Shown: positions 1 to 12,336 of the stretch, one piece after another
Position numbering within the stretch: the stretch's first letter is position 1
Layout of the letters: each line of letters begins with the position of its first letter
Origin: Escherichia phage AV121
Sequence record: OR352951.1
DNA: 64,000 bases
Reading direction: 5' to 3' (one strand)
Program-made: the position numbers and the translations under genes
The notes under the pieces: generated by a model
What the model saw: the letters and a program-made list of their open reading frames with translations, nothing else
What the model was told of the DNA's origin: nothing
The model's database searches: none

Positions 1-163
1 AGTTCTTCATCACAGTTAAAGAGTTTACCAGGAGAAATAAATTTCTCATCCTGGATCATTTTTAAAATATGTTCTAACGGAAGATTATATTTCTGAGCAA
101 AATAAGGAAGGCCTGATTGCCAGCTTAAACATACTCCATCAATATCAGTTAAAATAGTAGGCT
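1..163 (-). CDS. HAD-like hydrolase, N-terminal fragment (gene runs off the window start)
   Basis: ATG at 161-163; translation MKPTILTDIDGV... carries HAD motif I (DxDG); remainder off-window. Confidence 0.4.
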
Positions 164-622
164 TCATAGAGAGTCTCTTAATAGGTTTAACACATCAATA
201 AATTCAGCTTCGGTTAGTATTGTATCATCTTTTGTTAGACCACTAGCCATGCTGTGCTTCAAAACTTTTCCTTTCGAGGCTTGTAATGCATCACGAAATC
301 CCTTGTTTTGGATCGCTGCTTCAAAATATGCATTTGTGTATAATTCTTTCCACGCTGGGGAGTATCTTGAAAACGGAACTCCGAGCCAGAAGAGGGTCCC
401 ACGGTCCTGAGCTCTAGCATAAGACCTTCCAGCTTGTTGGGCGGCAAGCCCGGATAACCCAAATATACGACGTTGTTGTTCAACATTTTTCACCTTGCAC
501 CCTTGAAGGAATCCTTCAAGACCTCCAAATTGAATACCATCCATAACGAAAGGCCATTGGGCGAAATTACTTAATGCGCATGATGGCCACCTAAAATTGC
601 TTCTAATCTCTAACTCAGACAT
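164..622 (-). CDS. NADAR/YbiA-like (DUF1768-like) protein
   Basis: ORF track 164..628 begins with TTG; first ATG at 620-622. Segment LSNFAQWPFVMDGIQFGGLEGFLQGCKV resembles YbiA FSNFAAWPIKVDGKTWPTSEHYFQAQKF. Confidence 0.45.
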   Translation of the reverse strand: MSELEIRSNFRWPSCALSNFAQWPFVMDGIQFGGLEGFLQGCKVKNVEQQRRIFGLSGLAAQQAGRSYARAQDRGTLFWLGVPFSRYSPAWKELYTNAYFEAAIQNKGFRDALQASKGKVLKHSMASGLTKDDTILTEAEFIDVLNLLRDSL

Positions 623-821
623 TTTCAATGCTTATAATTTCAACATCAGCCCAATGACCATAACAAGGAAGACGAAATTCAACTGGCCAGTTAGGGTCCT
701 TTTCTAATATAATAGACTCAACTTGTGGTTCTTCGTGTTCATCAGTGTACGGATTTTTATCTGTTACTTTATATGTGACCTTAATGTACTGAATTCCAAA
801 AATCTTATTAATTATATTCAT
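615..821 (-). CDS. hypothetical protein (68 aa)
   Basis: ORF with ATG start, tightly packed in a - strand early gene array. Confidence 0.4.
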   Translation of the reverse strand: MNIINKIFGIQYIKVTYKVTDKNPYTDEHEEPQVESIILEKDPNWPVEFRLPCYGHWADVEIISIENV

Positions 822-1015
822 ACTATTTCCTTTAATCCGTAGATAGGAGATAATTCATCGCCCATACGAAGGTCTTCATTTCCATCTACCCAAGAAACAA
901 TATAAGCCTCTTTTACTTGAATACCACTCCATTTAAATGGAGGTAGAACCTTAGAAATTAATCCAGGTATACCAACTCCCTTTAATTCAACAGTTTGGCC
1001 TAAAAAGAATTTCAT
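818..1015 (-). CDS. hypothetical protein (65 aa)
   Basis: ORF with ATG start, 4-nt overlap with downstream ORF. Confidence 0.4.
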   Translation of the reverse strand: MKFFLGQTVELKGVGIPGLISKVLPPFKWSGIQVKEAYIVSWVDGNEDLRMGDELSPIYGLKEIV

Positions 1016-1302
1016 TAGAACCTCATCTGAAAACCGTGCGATTTAACATTACCGCCGCCAATATCAGAAATATTAATTTCACGCGCAATTGAAGGGTCAA
1101 TGTCAATTTCACGATTGAGTTTAGTGATAGCTAAAGTATCGCGCCCATTTACAGTACGGAACTTTAAAGGACATACTACATTAACGTAGTTTTTAATCGA
1201 TTCACTAGTAGGTTGCAAATGAGCAGGAAGGTCTTTAGGCGCCTTAGAGAAAACTACTTCGCAGAAGTTTTTACGAGTATCAAAATAAGTAGTCATAAAC
1301 AT
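1015..1302 (-). CDS. hypothetical protein (95 aa)
   Basis: Track ORF 1015..1365 starts with GTG inside a promoter; first ATG at 1300-1302 is preceded by GAGG. Confidence 0.4.
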   Translation of the reverse strand: MFMTTYFDTRKNFCEVVFSKAPKDLPAHLQPTSESIKNYVNVVCPLKFRTVNGRDTLAITKLNREIDIDPSIAREINISDIGGGNVKSHGFQMRF

Positions 1303-1350
1303 AGTATTTTCCTCAGTAAGGGGCCAAAGCCCTTTTCTTTTGTTTGTGTA

Positions 1351-1385
1351 AGATAATACTATCACAAAGGAACCGTACTGTAAAC
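1351..1385 (-). promoter_or_regulatory. T4-type early promoter (GTTTAC -35, TAtAAT-like -10)
   Basis: + strand shows gataatact...gtaaac, the reverse complement of the early promoter consensus. Confidence 0.4.
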
Positions 1386-1409
1386 AACTTTATGCAATCT
1401 TTGGAAAAT

Positions 1410-1433
1410 AAAAAAGGACTCCCGAAGGAGTCC
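1410..1433 (-). terminator. rho-independent terminator (UUCG tetraloop hairpin + U-run)
   Basis: ggactcccgaaggagtcc hairpin followed on the - strand by a T-run; same hairpin recurs downstream of soc. Confidence 0.55.
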
Positions 1434-1438
1434 TCAAC

Positions 1439-1657
1439 TTATGCTTTCTGCTTACCAAAACGAGAAGCATCATCTCGAAGAACCGCACGTGCTCGGCGCA
1501 TGATCTTCTCAACAGTTTGATTGATACGAGAGTTCGACCCACGCTTGTAACCAGCGCGTTTAGAATCACCAACTTTCTTTTCAACTGCTTTCTTTGCTTT
1601 AGCTTGTTTTGCCATTATAAAGTCTCTTTTAAATGAAAATGCAGGACTTATTGGCAT
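1439..1657 (-). CDS. small basic protein (72 aa, or 58 aa from the internal MAKQ start)
   Basis: ORF, lysine/arginine-rich; two possible ATG starts. Confidence 0.4.
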   Translation of the reverse strand: MPISPAFSFKRDFIMAKQAKAKKAVEKKVGDSKRAGYKRGSNSRINQTVEKIMRRARAVLRDDASRFGKQKA

Positions 1658-2013
1658 TGCCTGCGCAAGCCCTCAAAGGGAACATAGGTTTTTGGATATT
1701 TAACGACCAGGATAACCATAAACCCGTCATCATACCTTATAGCTCTTATCTGTTGCACACCGTTAGCTTAAAGGTTCCGGGTCCGATTACTCGAGGATAA
1801 GATATATACTGATGGATATATAGGCCTTGAGGCGTACTCCCGATTGGCCATCACCTCGGGGTAGCATGCACTTGCCGCTATAAGAATAACATTCAAGAGG
1901 TACACCGTAAAACTGCCGGGGTCTTAAAACTATAATGATTCGCAAATCATTAATCAGACAGTTCGACGGCTCCTCGTTTTAACTTCACACTAAGGTAGTG
2001 ACTCTCCAATAAA

Positions 2014-2262
2014 TTACTTCAGTGTTACCACAAAGTGACGAACTGCTTTTCGTGCAGCAGAAGCCAGTGGCTTAGCATATTTAAGTTCATCTTTTTCCTG
2101 AAGCTCAGCAGCTAATGCAGTTTGAGCAGGATTCAGATGTTTGAAATAACGCAGGATTTCAAGAGCTTCGGCTTCAACATCAATAGATGCACCATAGTTT
2201 TCGTGACCATTATTCCATGCGTTTCGTTGCAGTTCAAGAGCGTGTTGTAATTGTTTAATCAT
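2014..2262 (-). CDS. rIII: lysis-inhibition accessory protein rIII
   Basis: 82 aa, immediately downstream of gene 31 as in T4. Confidence 0.75.
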   Translation of the reverse strand: MIKQLQHALELQRNAWNNGHENYGASIDVEAEALEILRYFKHLNPAQTALAAELQEKDELKYAKPLASAARKAVRHFVVTLK

Positions 2263-2409
2263 TTAAAAATTCTCGTTAGAGATTAAAACTCGGTAGTCAC
2301 GTTCTTCTGAATTTCATCTTCTTTCGACAGATCTCTCAGTTGTAGACTACCACATAGAATTGTTCGGTTAACTTATTATTCCGACACCCAATTCATATTA
2401 TTATTTATA

Positions 2410-2745
2410 TCACTTATAAAGACACGGAATAGCTTTATAGTGACAAGTAACGAATTTTTGTTTAATTTCTTTTGGCTGCTTAAGACCCAGAGCTACAAAA
2501 GGGTGTGGAACGTTTCGAATTTGACCAACTGGAAGAGAAGTCAAATCACCAACTTCACAGAAACCTTCAGGAACATCAGGACCGACAGAGTGAACTACAC
2601 ACAGTTCAGGAACTTCACCTTGAACACGTTTACCGATAATAAGTCCTGATTCTGTAACTTCTTCATCACCGGCTTGTGCAGGTTCAGAAACTAAAATAAC
2701 ATATTCACCGACAGCACGAATTGGTAGCTGTTGTACTTCAGACAT
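2410..2745 (-). CDS. 31: co-chaperonin gp31 (GroES analogue)
   Basis: 111 aa; translation [22 protein letters not shown]... matches remembered T4 gp31. Confidence 0.85.
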
Positions 2746-2801
2746 CGTTTTTCCTTTTTGTTAACAGATGAATTAATAATAACAAATAATTCTTAAAGCA
2801 T

Positions 2802-3110
2802 TTATTTACCAATAAATTGGAGCAAATGCTCAACTTTCATACCATTAACGGAAATCAATTTGTCAATAGAAAAACCTCGCCATGCACCAAGTTCAACATC
2901 AAATACTGGAATCATATCAGTAGATTCTTTCCGAGTAGATTCAGTCAATTTACCAGTTTGCATGGTTGGCATAAAGTCCGCGTCGCGAGTACCTTTCATA
3001 ACACGAATAGTACCGTCAGACTTTTCAAAAACTACGTTTGAAACACCCATGGACAATTTAGTTTTCAAAATTTCACGAATTGCTACTTTTTGTTCAGTCG
3101 TCAGTTTCAT
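2802..3110 (-). CDS. hypothetical protein (102 aa)
   Basis: ORF between gene 31 and cd. Confidence 0.45.
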   Translation of the reverse strand: MKLTTEQKVAIREILKTKLSMGVSNVVFEKSDGTIRVMKGTRDADFMPTMQTGKLTESTRKESTDMIPVFDVELGAWRGFSIDKLISVNGMKVEHLLQFIGK

Positions 3111-3347
3111 TTATTTACCTATTACAGTTTTAATATGAGTTGTTCCACGTTCTTTAAGAGTGGAAAGTAATTTTTGGCATTTTTCTAAATCAGATTTCCA
3201 ACTATATGGTCTATCAATACAAACCCATTCTGACTTATAATACTGCTTCCATTTAGAGAAAAAATATTTCTTATACTCTACAGCAAATGAAATATTCTCA
3301 TTAGAATAAGAACTAATTGCTGTGAGCTGTACCAAACGAAATTTCAT
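3111..3347 (-). CDS. hypothetical protein (78 aa)
   Basis: ORF abutting cd. Confidence 0.4.
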   Translation of the reverse strand: MKFRLVQLTAISSYSNENISFAVEYKKYFFSKWKQYYKSEWVCIDRPYSWKSDLEKCQKLLSTLKERGTTHIKTVIGK

Positions 3348-3928
3348 TATTCACCACAGAATTCGTTGATATTTTCCCAGTTTAACTTATTCAAGTTTTT
3401 CTTAGGAACATTAAACACTTCAATACCTGCATTTCGCAGAATATCATCCCAGCCAGGTTTATTTTTATCGTATGTTTCACAATAAACCAGCTTTTTAATT
3501 CCAGATTGAGCTATTGCTTTTGCACAATCTGGGCAAGGAGAAAGTGTTACATACATAGTAGCACCTTCAATTGAAGAACCGTTTCGTGCAGCAAACAAAA
3601 TCGCATTTAGTTCAGCATGAATTTCATTTTTAGACGACCATTCAGAGTGCGCGCTACGATGTTCTTTCGCCAATACAAAACGATCAGTTGAACCAAACGA
3701 TACACATTCAGGCTTATGACCTTGAATGATAGTATGTTTAGGTTTATTCAGCAACCAACCTTGCTCAGCAGCATAATCACAACAGTTCACACCACCTGCA
3801 GGTGAACCATTATATCCAGTAGAAATAATACGTCCATTCTTTTCAATTACTGCTCCTACTTTCCAGGAGCAACATTTTGATTCTTGTGATACTAAATATG
3901 CAATTTGAAGTACTGTACTCGCTTTCAT
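3347..3928 (-). CDS. cd: dCMP deaminase
   Basis: 193 aa; zinc-ligand motifs HAELNAI and PCPDCAKAI typical of dCMP deaminase. Confidence 0.85.
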   Translation of the reverse strand: MKASTVLQIAYLVSQESKCCSWKVGAVIEKNGRIISTGYNGSPAGGVNCCDYAAEQGWLLNKPKHTIIQGHKPECVSFGSTDRFVLAKEHRSAHSEWSSKNEIHAELNAILFAARNGSSIEGATMYVTLSPCPDCAKAIAQSGIKKLVYCETYDKNKPGWDDILRNAGIEVFNVPKKNLNKLNWENINEFCGE

Positions 3929-4263
3929 TTCATAATCACCAGATAAGCAGATTTAGCAGTTTCAACACGATAAATTTCGTGACGAAGTTTAGTTATACTT
4001 TTAATAACAGAACTAATTATATTCTGCCCATCTTTAAAGCGGTTTTTCTTATCAATAAAAATTGCGCCAACCATCTTTTTGTGAAGCTCAACCGGATACT
4101 TCGTCACAATAATAGCATCATACACAGAAGGATGAATACTATTCACCAAAGTATCATTCATTAAAGTTATTCTAATGAACTTTGCTGTTTCAGAGTCAAG
4201 CGCTCTATGATCGCCAGTATCATTTTCAAGACAATTATCAATTATATCAGTTAAATTCATCAT
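3925..4263 (-). CDS. hypothetical protein (112 aa)
   Basis: ORF with 4-nt overlap to cd. Confidence 0.4.
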   Translation of the reverse strand: MMNLTDIIDNCLENDTGDHRALDSETAKFIRITLMNDTLVNSIHPSVYDAIIVTKYPVELHKKMVGAIFIDKKNRFKDGQNIISSVIKSITKLRHEIYRVETAKSAYLVIMK

Positions 4264-4496
4264 AGTACGCCATACACCCTTTGTGCTTCAACTAATCCAT
4301 CAAAATCCAATTTGAGATGTGTTATTTGGTCACCATCACCTGGATTCACAATTACTAATACTGAACGAGGAGTTTCGGTAATAACACGAACCGATGTTTC
4401 GGGAAATCGTTCAGAAACCTTATTTACTAATTCCTGCGCAAATAGTTTAACTTTTTCTTGGAATTCTTTAACAGTAATTGGTTTTTCACTTAGCAT
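4260..4496 (-). CDS. hypothetical protein (78 aa)
   Basis: ORF in packed early array. Confidence 0.4.
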   Translation of the reverse strand: MLSEKPITVKEFQEKVKLFAQELVNKVSERFPETSVRVITETPRSVLVIVNPGDGDQITHLKLDFDGLVEAQRVYGVL

Positions 4497-5017
4497 GTTG
4501 ATCCCAGCTCCTTACTTTCAACGTTTTTAACTAATTTGACAGAAACTAATTCAGCATCTTGGGTAATCATTACCGGGCCTTCTTCATGCTCTTCAAGATA
4601 TTCTAGAGCTTTCTTTTTAGCTTCTTCCTTCGTATCAGTTTGAGCATAGATATAGAACATACAACCAGTAATACCTACTACTTTCCACTTAATTTCTTTA
4701 TCAGTTTTAATTTCAAATTTACTTACAGAATCATCTTTTTGAACTTCTTCGAAAAAAGAATATTCTAACATATAAGCAATTGAAAATAACGGGCTAACTT
4801 TATAGGATTCACCCATTACATCAACAGCTTTATACCAACAATCATCAATTTCGCGTTTAATGCTAATAACATTTTTCGCAGGATCTATTTTTACTTTAAA
4901 TGAATTTTCCCCAATAAACTGGGCAATTCGTTTATTAGCCCCGCAAGTTTCATTAAAAATATCTTTATACCCAGTTTTAAAGCGATAAACCTTATCTTCT
5001 TCAAACCATTCGCTCAT
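4490..5017 (-). CDS. hypothetical protein (175 aa)
   Basis: ORF in packed early array. Confidence 0.45.
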   Translation of the reverse strand: MSEWFEEDKVYRFKTGYKDIFNETCGANKRIAQFIGENSFKVKIDPAKNVISIKREIDDCWYKAVDVMGESYKVSPLFSIAYMLEYSFFEEVQKDDSVSKFEIKTDKEIKWKVVGITGCMFYIYAQTDTKEEAKKKALEYLEEHEEGPVMITQDAELVSVKLVKNVESKELGSTC

Positions 5018-5078
5018 TTCAATTTCCTCGTTTGTTTTGGTAGAGCTATAATATCACAACTCTACCGTAAAGTAAACT

Positions 5079-5354
5079 TTAAATTGCTTTGAATTCTGAT
5101 GTCTGTGATTCAAAGCGAATATCGCCTTTGATGACTAGCTCAGCATCAAGACCGAATACGACAATGATATGCGCGGAACCTGGATACAACGTGATGGCAA
5201 CAGAATCCACCTGGTCTGGAAGCAAAGTGTTCAATACATGAGTCACTTGAGCATGGATTCGAAGCTCAGCTGCGTTATCAAGTTTTTCAAACATATTATT
5301 AGCGATAATTTGGCTAAACACTACTTCTACGATTTTAGAGTAAGTCGGAAACAT
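5079..5354 (-). CDS. hypothetical protein (91 aa)
   Basis: ORF in packed early array. Confidence 0.4.
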   Translation of the reverse strand: MFPTYSKIVEVVFSQIIANNMFEKLDNAAELRIHAQVTHVLNTLLPDQVDSVAITLYPGSAHIIVVFGLDAELVIKGDIRFESQTSEFKAI

Positions 5355-5356
5355 AT

Positions 5357-5549
5357 TTACCTCACATAATTTTCTTCAAGCCAATCAATAACATCCAAAG
5401 CGTTATCAAAAGTTGCGCCATCTACTTTGTCTTCTGTTTCATAATCAAGAACATCTAGGCCTACTCTTCCGTCAACAATAGGCCATAGACAAAATAGATA
5501 TTTCTTTTCTTTTTCAATTTTATCACAAAGACGATAAATCTTTTCTAGG

Positions 5550-5557
<8 letters not shown>
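5357..5557 (-). CDS. hypothetical protein (66 aa)
   Basis: ORF in packed early array. Confidence 0.4.
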
Positions 5558-6965
<1,408 letters not shown>

Positions 6966-6969
<4 letters not shown>

Positions 6970-7196
6970 TTATTTTTCTCAACCAATGATTGAATATAAT
7001 CATGCAGGTCTTTAGATGCTTTGCCCCACTTATTTTGGTATTCATTTTTAAGATTAGCACGTGATTGAGCTAATAAAACATCATTAGTTGGAGGTAAAGA
7101 TTCTAATCGCTGAATCTGGCGTCCATAAATCATTGCAGCCATCTCGGATTCATAAATCAATCCTTTGAGATGTTCAAATTGATGCCATGAAATCAT
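6966..7196 (-). CDS. hypothetical protein (76 aa)
   Basis: ORF in packed array. Confidence 0.4.
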
Positions 7197-7492
7197 TTAC
7201 ATTTATCCTCTTTTAACTCTTGACGATAATAACATATCATAGTTTTCTGGTCGTGTACATATCGTTTTACATCATTAAGCCAAATACGAAATTCCTGAGA
7301 ATCTTCAAATGGCATACCGACCCAAGCTTTACCATCAATAACTTTAACTTGCCAAGATAATTTAGCTTCGTCATATGACTTTATTTGTACAGGCCAATTA
7401 GGATGAACTGTTTCTTTCTTTACTTCTAGAGGCTTTGTCGAACAACCAACTAGAAGACCAATAGATAATATTACTGCTGATAGTTTAATCAT
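7193..7492 (-). CDS. o-spanin (outer-membrane lipoprotein, Rz1-like; T4 pseT.2 equivalent)
   Basis: 99 aa; signal peptide with lipobox LLVGC. Confidence 0.55.
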   Translation of the reverse strand: MIKLSAVILSIGLLVGCSTKPLEVKKETVHPNWPVQIKSYDEAKLSWQVKVIDGKAWVGMPFEDSQEFRIWLNDVKRYVHDQKTMICYYRQELKEDKCK

Positions 7493-7842
7493 TTAGAAAG
7501 GTCCTGGATGTCTTCTGCGAACTTGTTGAAGGAGTTGTTGATTTGTTTTTCAACCAATCCTGGCTTACGAGCCACCACATCCGCCTTCTTTGCATCTTTG
7601 CGCAGTTTTTCATTTTCACGCTCAATAGCAGCAATCGCCTCACGATTTTTATTATTCATCGCATCAATATAATTATACTGAATTCGCAAATTATTTAATG
7701 CTAAGGCGTTTTCATTGGCCGTTTTTGTAATTTCTACAACAGACGTTTCTAATCTTTCAATTTTATTTTTTAAAATTAAAGAAGTTCCGCCTAATGCAAT
7801 TACAATTAATAGCAAACCTGCTGTCGTATTACTTAATTGCAT
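7489..7842 (-). CDS. i-spanin (Rz-like; T4 pseT.3 equivalent)
   Basis: 117 aa; N-terminal transmembrane helix then coiled-coil-like periplasmic region; overlaps the o-spanin ORF. Confidence 0.55.
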   Translation of the reverse strand: MQLSNTTAGLLLIVIALGGTSLILKNKIERLETSVVEITKTANENALALNNLRIQYNYIDAMNNKNREAIAAIERENEKLRKDAKKADVVARKPGLVEKQINNSFNKFAEDIQDLSK

Positions 7843-8339
7843 AAAGTTTTAATAACCTCTATAATATCGTCTTGAGAAAGACCGTTAATTAAAATATGAT
7901 GTTCAGCCGGAGATTTAGAAATTTTAAAGCACGCCGCAACATCTTCTGCCATATCCGATGCGCTACGATTTGGATTACTAATTCCAAGACGATGTTTTCC
8001 CGTTAAAGGATTAACGATGATATAGCATTTACAGTTGTTAATATGAACATTAGGTTGAGTCTGATTAATGAACACATCGCAATCATATTTCGCAAGCTGA
8101 TTTTCTAAAAAGACTTTCATCTCCTCAACCGCATCAGGAAGCATATCACGGGCTTGCTCAAGACGACGATTTCGATATTCTTTAATGGTCGTTTTCCGCT
8201 TGACTTGCTTAGCTAAATCTTTCTTAAGATCGGTGATATATCCAACTCGACGATTTCCTTTAAATACAGAAATCCCATCTGTAGTATCACCGTATGCTTC
8301 AACGACCATTTCAGTAGTAATAAGCTGCAAATCCATCAT
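7833..8339 (-). CDS. alc: Alc, inhibitor of host transcription
   Basis: 168-aa ORF at the T4 alc position between the spanin genes and rnlA. Confidence 0.6.
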   Translation of the reverse strand: MMDLQLITTEMVVEAYGDTTDGISVFKGNRRVGYITDLKKDLAKQVKRKTTIKEYRNRRLEQARDMLPDAVEEMKVFLENQLAKYDCDVFINQTQPNVHINNCKCYIIVNPLTGKHRLGISNPNRSASDMAEDVAACFKISKSPAEHHILINGLSQDDIIEVIKTLCN

Positions 8340-8400
8340 AAAGTCCTCATGTTATGTCAGTAAGACTACTATAACACAACACGAGGGACTTGTAAACAGC

Positions 8401-9988
<1,588 letters not shown>

Positions 9989-10015
9989 AATAAAATGGGC
10001 CTTGCGGCCCACTCC

Positions 10016-10518
10016 TTAAAAGTATTTTTTAAAACTCATCATAACTTTATCATCAACATCATTATCAATCTGTGCAACAAGATAAGATGACAGTTCTACT
10101 TCTTGCGGCGCGGATTGAACATTATCAGAATTAAGGTATTCACGAATCCAAGGATATGGATGTTTAATCGGAGCATCGGTAATCGGGCATGGAAGACCAC
10201 ACTGTTTCATACGAGATACAGTTAAGTAATCAATAAAGCTCCACATGCTATTTGTATTTAATCCAGGAACATCGCCATCTTTAAATAAATGAACTGCCCA
10301 ATCTTTTTCTTGGCGGTTAACTTCCATGAAAATATCAACTGCTTCTTGTTCACACTCTTGAGCAATTTTAACCCATTCATCGCCATCAGTGCCAAGTTGA
10401 AGTTGACGAATAATATATTGAGTGCCTTTAAGGTGAAGCTGCTCATCACGTGCAATGAACTTCATAATCTTGGCATTACCTTCCATGATTTCCATATTCT
10501 TGTGGAAGTTAAAGGTAC
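10016..10518 (-). CDS. nrdB: ribonucleotide reductase small subunit, exon 2
   Basis: In-frame continuation gives ...YVSFA-C-TFNFHKNMEIMEGNAK, matching class Ia NrdB (E. coli [21 protein letters not shown]); junction obeys exon-U / intron-G rule. Confidence 0.75.
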
Positions 10519-11609
10519 CGTTATGTTCGATTGAGCTCGCTAATTCTCAACCCGTTCTCTTATGAACTGCTACATATTACTATGCAGACCAGACTATATC
10601 ACAATCCCAGAGGGATTCTCCCCATTTCGAGTCGCTTGACCCTACGTCCGAAGACTAGTCGTTGAACCTTGCTTTGCAATTGTCGCCGTGCCATCGTTTA
10701 TATGTTGATGGTGATAAATCTTTCTTATCACAATATGGACAATTCAATTGAATTCTATTTGGATTTAATTTACATCTGTCATTATGTTTTAGATAAAATC
10801 CAGGACCTTTACCAATGTGACCGCAGAAATCACATGTGATTTCTTTTTGTGCAGGATGGGTCCCGTTCTTAACCATTTCTAATGTTTTTGCTGATGTTCT
10901 TTTCTTATGGTCTTCTGACAAGAAATGATGTGAACCGTCATTTACCCGTTTTGATTGAGTTTCTGACTGCATTTTACCACCGCAAAATACATGAGTACCT
11001 TCTTTTATAGCTGCAATATTGCGTTCTTTAACTTTTGCAATATGCTCAGCTTGTTGAAAATTATGTATACCTAATGCAACTCTATTTAAATTAGATTTAC
11101 GCTGTATTTCACCGTCTAAAAGATGAAATGTACCATTTTCTATCTTAGATTTAATAGAGGCAATATTTTTAGCTCGTACTTCAGGGATATTAAAAATCTG
11201 GATTTCTCTAGATTTTGCGGCTTTAGAAGCTAATTCAGAAATTTCTTCAGGAGAATATTTCATTCTAAGCTTTATAGCATGACAAGCCTGGTAATCTTTT
11301 TGAGCTAAATGTATATCATAATGTTCCTGTATAGAAAGGCACATCAAATTATCTAAATCATTATTTTCACGGTTACCGTCTTTATGATGGATTTCGTATG
11401 TTCTTCCATCAGAATCTTTAGGTATAGGTCCGTTAGCATCTATCCAAATTTTTCTATAGTTCAATTGTGCATCCTCTTAAAAGTATAATCATATTTATAT
11501 TATACTAATTAAAGGTGCAAGCAAAACCTTGGCTGCTAGTTTTCCTATAAAGGACTTTCCAGCAATTAAAGGAGTTTTCGATAAACGTTACCGTTTAAAG
11601 GCGCATTTT
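10519..11609 (-). mobile_element. group I self-splicing intron in nrdB (about 1091 nt) carrying an HNH endonuclease ORF
   Basis: Interrupts a conserved NrdB motif; shares cagaccagactatatc and cgtttcgagtc elements with the td intron. Confidence 0.7.
10655..11464 (-). CDS. intron-encoded HNH homing endonuclease (I-TevIII-like)
   Basis: 269 aa; HNH motif EIHHKDGNRENNDLDNL...H; C-terminal Cys-rich zinc-finger-like region. Confidence 0.7.
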   Translation of the reverse strand: MNYRKIWIDANGPIPKDSDGRTYEIHHKDGNRENNDLDNLMCLSIQEHYDIHLAQKDYQACHAIKLRMKYSPEEISELASKAAKSREIQIFNIPEVRAKNIASIKSKIENGTFHLLDGEIQRKSNLNRVALGIHNFQQAEHIAKVKERNIAAIKEGTHVFCGGKMQSETQSKRVNDGSHHFLSEDHKKRTSAKTLEMVKNGTHPAQKEITCDFCGHIGKGPGFYLKHNDRCKLNPNRIQLNCPYCDKKDLSPSTYKRWHGDNCKARFND

Positions 11610-12285
11610 ACGCAAAAGATACATAAAAACGAATAGCTTCTAAGGCATTAATAACGTGTAAACAGAGGTAAAGAGACTTCATTAAAGCACGTTTAGCTTC
11701 GGCTTCTTGTTTAATAGCTCGGTTTAAACGAAAGTCGGCATCAGGAGATTCTTTAGCTAGTTCTACAAATTCTTTAGCATTTTCCCATTCACGGGTTTTA
11801 ACCAAGACATCATCATAATAGCGACCGATAGATTCAGCACGTTTCATGATAGCTTCATCTAATACAATCTCATCAAATACCTTCGATGGATCAGTATAAA
11901 GATTTCGCATGATATGAGTATATGAACGACTGTGAATAGTTTCACTAAAAGTCCATGTAGCAACCCATGTATCAAGGCTTGGGTCTGAAATTAATGACAT
12001 AAGTACAGCAGACGGCGCACGGCCCTGAATGCTATCCAAAAGTGATTGATACTTCAGGTTGTTAGTAAAAATATTTTGCTGATACTGAGGAAGCTTATTA
12101 AACTGTGCAGCATCCATCATCAAGTTTACTTCTTCAGGACGCCAGAAAAATGATAATTGCTTTTCGGTTAAATCTTCAAAAACTTTATGACGTTGAATAT
12201 CATAACGCGCAATACCAAGACCTGAACCAAAAAACATAGGTTCTTTTAAAACATCAACTGGATTTGTATTAAAAACTGTGCTCAT
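11610..12285 (-). CDS. nrdB: ribonucleotide reductase small subunit, exon 1
   Basis: N-terminus ...KEPMFFG... typical of NrdB; ORF stop is the first intron codon. Confidence 0.8.
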
Positions 12286-12336
12286 AAATTTTCCGCTTAG
12301 TTAATAGTTGGTGACTCGTCCGTGAGTCAAATTATA

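Noticed and set aside
1321-1345. + strand hairpin plus T-run (ggggccaaagcccttttcttttgtttg) resembling a terminator
   Set aside because: No + strand gene ends nearby; it lies in the 5' leader of a - strand ORF and is probably fortuitous or an RNA-stability structure.
1658-2013. Possible tRNA gene in the non-coding gap
   Set aside because: A GTTCGA-like motif is present but no flanking T-stem complementarity or cloverleaf could be built by eye; kept only as an unexplained non-coding gap.
2440-2649. + strand ORF (69 aa) antisense to gene 31; similar antisense or alternate-frame ORFs at 2817-3138, 4312-4530, 6147-6338, 6428-6727, 8185-8496, 13492-13734, 16047-16253, 20264-20953, 22433-22962, 37173-38096, 41599-42205, 45253-46306, 48267-49085, 60269-60574, 62390-62620
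   Set aside because: Fully nested inside well-supported - strand genes, low-complexity translations, no ribosome-binding sites; typical AT-rich shadow ORFs.
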